A DNA stretch of 64,000 bases, taken from the NCBI GenBank assembly GCA_965208615.1, contig CBDBPB010000003.1, positions 1 through 64,000 on the forward strand, written 5' to 3'. The notes under the pieces are model-generated. The model was not told the DNA's origin, ran no database searches, and saw nothing but the letters and a program-made list of their open reading frames with translations. Below are positions 60,892-64,000 of this stretch, one piece after another. Made by a program: the position numbers and the translations under genes. This DNA is from Spirochaetota bacterium (GTDB lineage Bacteria; Spirochaetota; UBA6919; CBDBPB01). Within the stretch, counting starts at the first letter, position 1. Every line of letters begins with the position of its first letter.

Positions 60892-61623
60892 CTATATATC
60901 AAGTAAGTCTTTAAGATGATCTTTAATAACTTTACTATCAGGTGCTTTTTCAAAGGCCTTCTTAAGATATTCCATTGCACTATAATCATCTTGTTTTTTA
61001 TAATAACCCCAGCCAATAGAGTCAAGATATGCCGGAGTATTAGGTTTTAGCTTTAAGGCATGCTTACACAAATCTATTCCCTCATCAATATTCTCATTAG
61101 ACTCTATTAATATTACCCCAATAGAGTTATAAGCATTGGCATTAGTATCATCTATTTTTATAACCTTATTATAATATTCTTTAGCCTTATCATAATCTTT
61201 TTCTTTATAATGAATATAGCCCAAAATTGATAATATATTGGTATTATCCTTATCATACAAAATAACCTTATTCAAAAAATCCTTTGCATTACTATAGTCC
61301 TCCTGACAAGTATAAATATAAGCCAGAATAGACTGAACTCTTTCTAAATAAACATATTCATGTTTTGACATAACTATTTCGTTAAAATGGATAATTGCAT
61401 TATTAAAGTCCATTTTCTTTGTATAAATCAATCCAAGGTAATAATGAGCTTCAAGATTCTCAGGATCACTATTAACACAGCCTTTTAAAGACTCAATACT
61501 ATGGTTATAGTCTTCATTCCAATATGCCTCTTTTCCACTATTAAGAAGTTCCTCAGTTTTTTTATGGGATAAGTCATCAGATATATCTATATGATCCCAC
61601 ATTCCCTCAAAGTCATCATTCAT
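60892..61623 (-). CDS. TPR protein
   Basis: AHYYLGLIY, AYNSIG, AYLDSIGWGYY. Confidence 0.88.
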   Translation of the reverse strand: MNDDFEGMWDHIDISDDLSHKKTEELLNSGKEAYWNEDYNHSIESLKGCVNSDPENLEAHYYLGLIYTKKMDFNNAIIHFNEIVMSKHEYVYLERVQSILAYIYTCQEDYSNAKDFLNKVILYDKDNTNILSILGYIHYKEKDYDKAKEYYNKVIKIDDTNANAYNSIGVILIESNENIDEGIDLCKHALKLKPNTPAYLDSIGWGYYKKQDDYSAMEYLKKAFEKAPDSKVIKDHLKDLLDI

Positions 61624-61665
61624 TATAAAGCAACTCTATATAATAATTTTAATATTATAACCCAA

Positions 61666-62421
61666 CTAAAGGCTATTTAAATAATAAGTTTTTAGCTCAT
61701 TCATAGACTCATACGATGTTGTATCAAGTTGAAGCGGCGTTATAGAGATATAATTATTTTCAACTGCTACAAAGTCACTTTTTTCTTTAAAGCTATATGT
61801 AGGAAGCTCTCCCCCTATCCAATAGCAGGTCCAACCAAAAGGAGTTTCAGACTCTAAAACCTTATCTCTATATATCCTCTTTCCAAGAGATGTTATTTGT
61901 ACTCCTTTAATATTTTCCTTTGTGGTATTAGGAAAGTTTACATTAAGGAGAATACCTTCTTTCAAAGGATGTTTTATTGTTTTACTTATTATTTTTTTTG
62001 CAAAGTAAGATGCCATATTAAATTCTTTTTTTTGGTAGTAACCATCTATAGAAAAGGCTATTGCTGGAATATTATGAAAACATGCTTCTCTAGCTGCTGC
62101 CACAGTACCGGAGTAAAAGGTATCTATTCCCATATTAGGACCGTTATTAATGCCAGAGACTACCATATCTATTTTATCTTTTAAAAAACTGTTTAAGGCT
62201 ATCTTTACACAATCCGCAGGGGAGCCTTTTAAGCTAAAAGCATTTTCACCTATCTGTTTTAAAACAAGAGGTTCGGTTACTGATATTTGATGGCTACAAG
62301 CACTCTTTTCAAACTCTGGAGCAACAATATAAACATTATAACTTAGTTCACTAAGTGCTTTTTTAAGGTTAGCTATCCCCTCTGTATAAATACCATCATC
62401 ATTAGTTAATAAAATATTCAT
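61666..62421 (-). CDS. surE: 5'/3'-nucleotidase SurE
   Basis: ILLTNDDG, GSPADCV, SGINNGPN, YSGTVAAA, ISITPL. Confidence 0.96.
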   Translation of the reverse strand: MNILLTNDDGIYTEGIANLKKALSELSYNVYIVAPEFEKSACSHQISVTEPLVLKQIGENAFSLKGSPADCVKIALNSFLKDKIDMVVSGINNGPNMGIDTFYSGTVAAAREACFHNIPAIAFSIDGYYQKKEFNMASYFAKKIISKTIKHPLKEGILLNVNFPNTTKENIKGVQITSLGKRIYRDKVLESETPFGWTCYWIGGELPTYSFKEKSDFVAVENNYISITPLQLDTTSYESMNELKTYYLNSL

Positions 62422-62484
62422 AAAATCTATTTTGTAATTCGTATTATAATACTAAAAACTATATCCAAGCTTATTTTGTATAGT

Positions 62485-62558
62485 TCGGGCAGACAGGATT
62501 TGAACCTGCGACCACTAGACCCCCAGTCTAGCACGCTACCTAACTGCGTTACTGCCCG
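62485..62558 (-). tRNA. tRNA-Pro(GGG)
   Basis: CGGGCAG acceptor stem; anticodon arm CTAGA-CTGGGGG-TCTAG; GGTTCAAATCC T-loop; CCA not encoded. Confidence 0.96.
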
Positions 62559-62979
62559 CTAATAGGTTAAATATAACCTATTTAAATAATAAAAACATTT
62601 CTATAAAGTTTAAACTATTCTTTTAATTTATTTTGTATATAATAGTAATTAATTATACAAAAAACAATATCTTTTTTTAAATGTATATCACTTATTAATA
62701 GACTTATAAAACATAATGTCAATTATATATTAATAAAATGTCAATAGTATGATAAAATAATAGATTTTTTTGATGATAACTAATATGTTAACTAATAAAA
62801 AAAAATATGTATCCGACAAAAGTTGATATAGTTTAAGTTTTAAACAAATTATTCGTTTCTTTTATATTATGCTAGTTTCTTTTATATAAGAAATTAGCTA
62901 GTTTTAAACTAAATGACAATATAATAACAATAAGAATAATAAACTAATTTATAAATAATAAATATTAACAGGAGCTTAT

Positions 62980-64000
62980 ATGAAATTTATTTGTTTAAAA
63001 GAAGAACTTCAAAAAAGTTTATCCATTGCAGAAAGTATAGTCTCCACAAAAACGACTTTACCAATATTATCAAATGTTCTTCTTGAGGCAAAAGATAACA
63101 AACTAAACATATCCAGTACCGACCTAGAAGTAAGTTTTAAAACATCAATTTCTTCGGATATACAAATTGAAGAGTCAATTACGATTCAAGCCAAAAAGCT
63201 GTCAGAACTAATAAAAAGCTTTGATGACTGTAAGTTAGACTTTTCTTTAGATAAACAAAATACGATGAAAATATCAGCGGAAGACTCAAACATAAAAGCA
63301 ACCTTTAAAATTATGGGTATTCCAAAGGATGACTATCCAAAAATACCTGAGTTTGAAAACATAAATGTTTTTTCTTTAAGTCAATCCCTCTTTAGAGACA
63401 TGATAGATAAAACTATTTTTTCTACTTCGACGGATGAAGCAAGATATTTTTTAAACGGCATATACTTTGAAAAAAAAGATGATATATTAACATTAGTGGC
63501 AACCGATGGTAAACGTCTTTCAAAGATCAGTTGTCCAATTGACTCTAAGCTGGATGATTTTGAAGTTATTGTTCCTTCAAAGGTTCTATATGAGCTAATG
63601 AAGATTTTAAATAGTGATGGTATGTGTCAGATAGCCATAACTGATAGAAAGGCTTTTTTTAAAGTGGATGATACAGAAATGGTATCAAACTTACTAGAAG
63701 GACAATTCCCTAATTATAGACAGGTAATACCGTCTGAGTCAACTAATATATTAACCGTAGATAATATGGCTATTTACGATGGAATAAAACGCGTTTCTCA
63801 TATGATCGATCCTAGGTTAGCTCAAATTCGTTTTGATCTAATTGATAATAGTCTTACTCTTTATGGATACCATCCAGATTTTGGAGAGGCAAAAGATGAA
63901 ATATCACTGAACTACAAAGGGGATGATTTAACTATTGCTTTTAATTATAATTATTTACTTGATGCCTTAAAAAAGATTGATCATAAAGAAGTAACTATGA
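62980..64000 (+). CDS. dnaN: DNA polymerase III beta clamp (truncated by the window end; not in the ORF track)
   Basis: RBS AGGAG; MKFICLKEEL...LPILSNVLL...STDLE; LVATDGKRL; LLEGQFPNYRQVIP; IAFNYNYLLDAL. Confidence 0.95.
   Translation, partial: MKFICLKEELQKSLSIAESIVSTKTTLPILSNVLLEAKDNKLNISSTDLEVSFKTSISSDIQIEESITIQAKKLSELIKSFDDCKLDFSLDKQNTMKISAEDSNIKATFKIMGIPKDDYPKIPEFENINVFSLSQSLFRDMIDKTIFSTSTDEARYFLNGIYFEKKDDILTLVATDGKRLSKISCPIDSKLDDFEVIVPSKVLYELMKILNSDGMCQIAITDRKAFFKVDDTEMVSNLLEGQFPNYRQVIPSESTNILTVDNMAIYDGIKRVSHMIDPRLAQIRFDLIDNSLTLYGYHPDFGEAKDEISLNYKGDDLTIAFNYNYLLDALKKIDHKEVTM

Noticed and set aside
62485-62582. tRNA-Pro as an integration site; hairpin at 62561-62582
   Set aside because: No integrase or duplicated tRNA 3' end is seen. 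The palindrome lies on the tRNA's 5' side and its role cannot be assigned.
24620-62745. Recurrent intergenic TGTCAA as a novel operator
   Set aside because: It is the reverse complement of the sigma70 -35 box TTGACA and mostly occurs upstream of minus-strand genes.

Overview
Low-GC bacterial chromosome segment, most likely from a member of the Spirochaetota. The evidence is a spirochaete-type FliG and FlaB, TPR/NHL exported proteins and many lipoprotein signal peptides. It carries housekeeping genes (fliG, aroK, dinG, dnaA with upstream DnaA boxes, recN, flaB, folP, rluB, surE, tRNA-Pro, a partial dnaN) and a soxXYZAB thiosulfate-oxidation cluster whose subunits have unusual lipoprotein-type signals. 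There is also a Ni/Co ECF module, an orphan hypC, a ~6 kb Mu-like early-gene module with no virion genes, and two repeat-rich surface lipoproteins (beta-helix and LRR). The most unusual signals are: (1) a 4-copy ~144 bp array that is an inverted copy of the 3' end and terminator of the adjacent beta-helix gene; (2) a soluble fusion of a FliG C-terminal domain with the MotA cytoplasmic domain; (3) a Sox system that appears lipid-anchored, with no Tat signal on SoxY; (4) the structural-gene-less Mu module. Single-base frameshifts in essential or conserved genes (dnaA, recN, NFACT, LMW-PTP) suggest assembly indel errors. All product calls come from motif recognition by eye; no searches were run.
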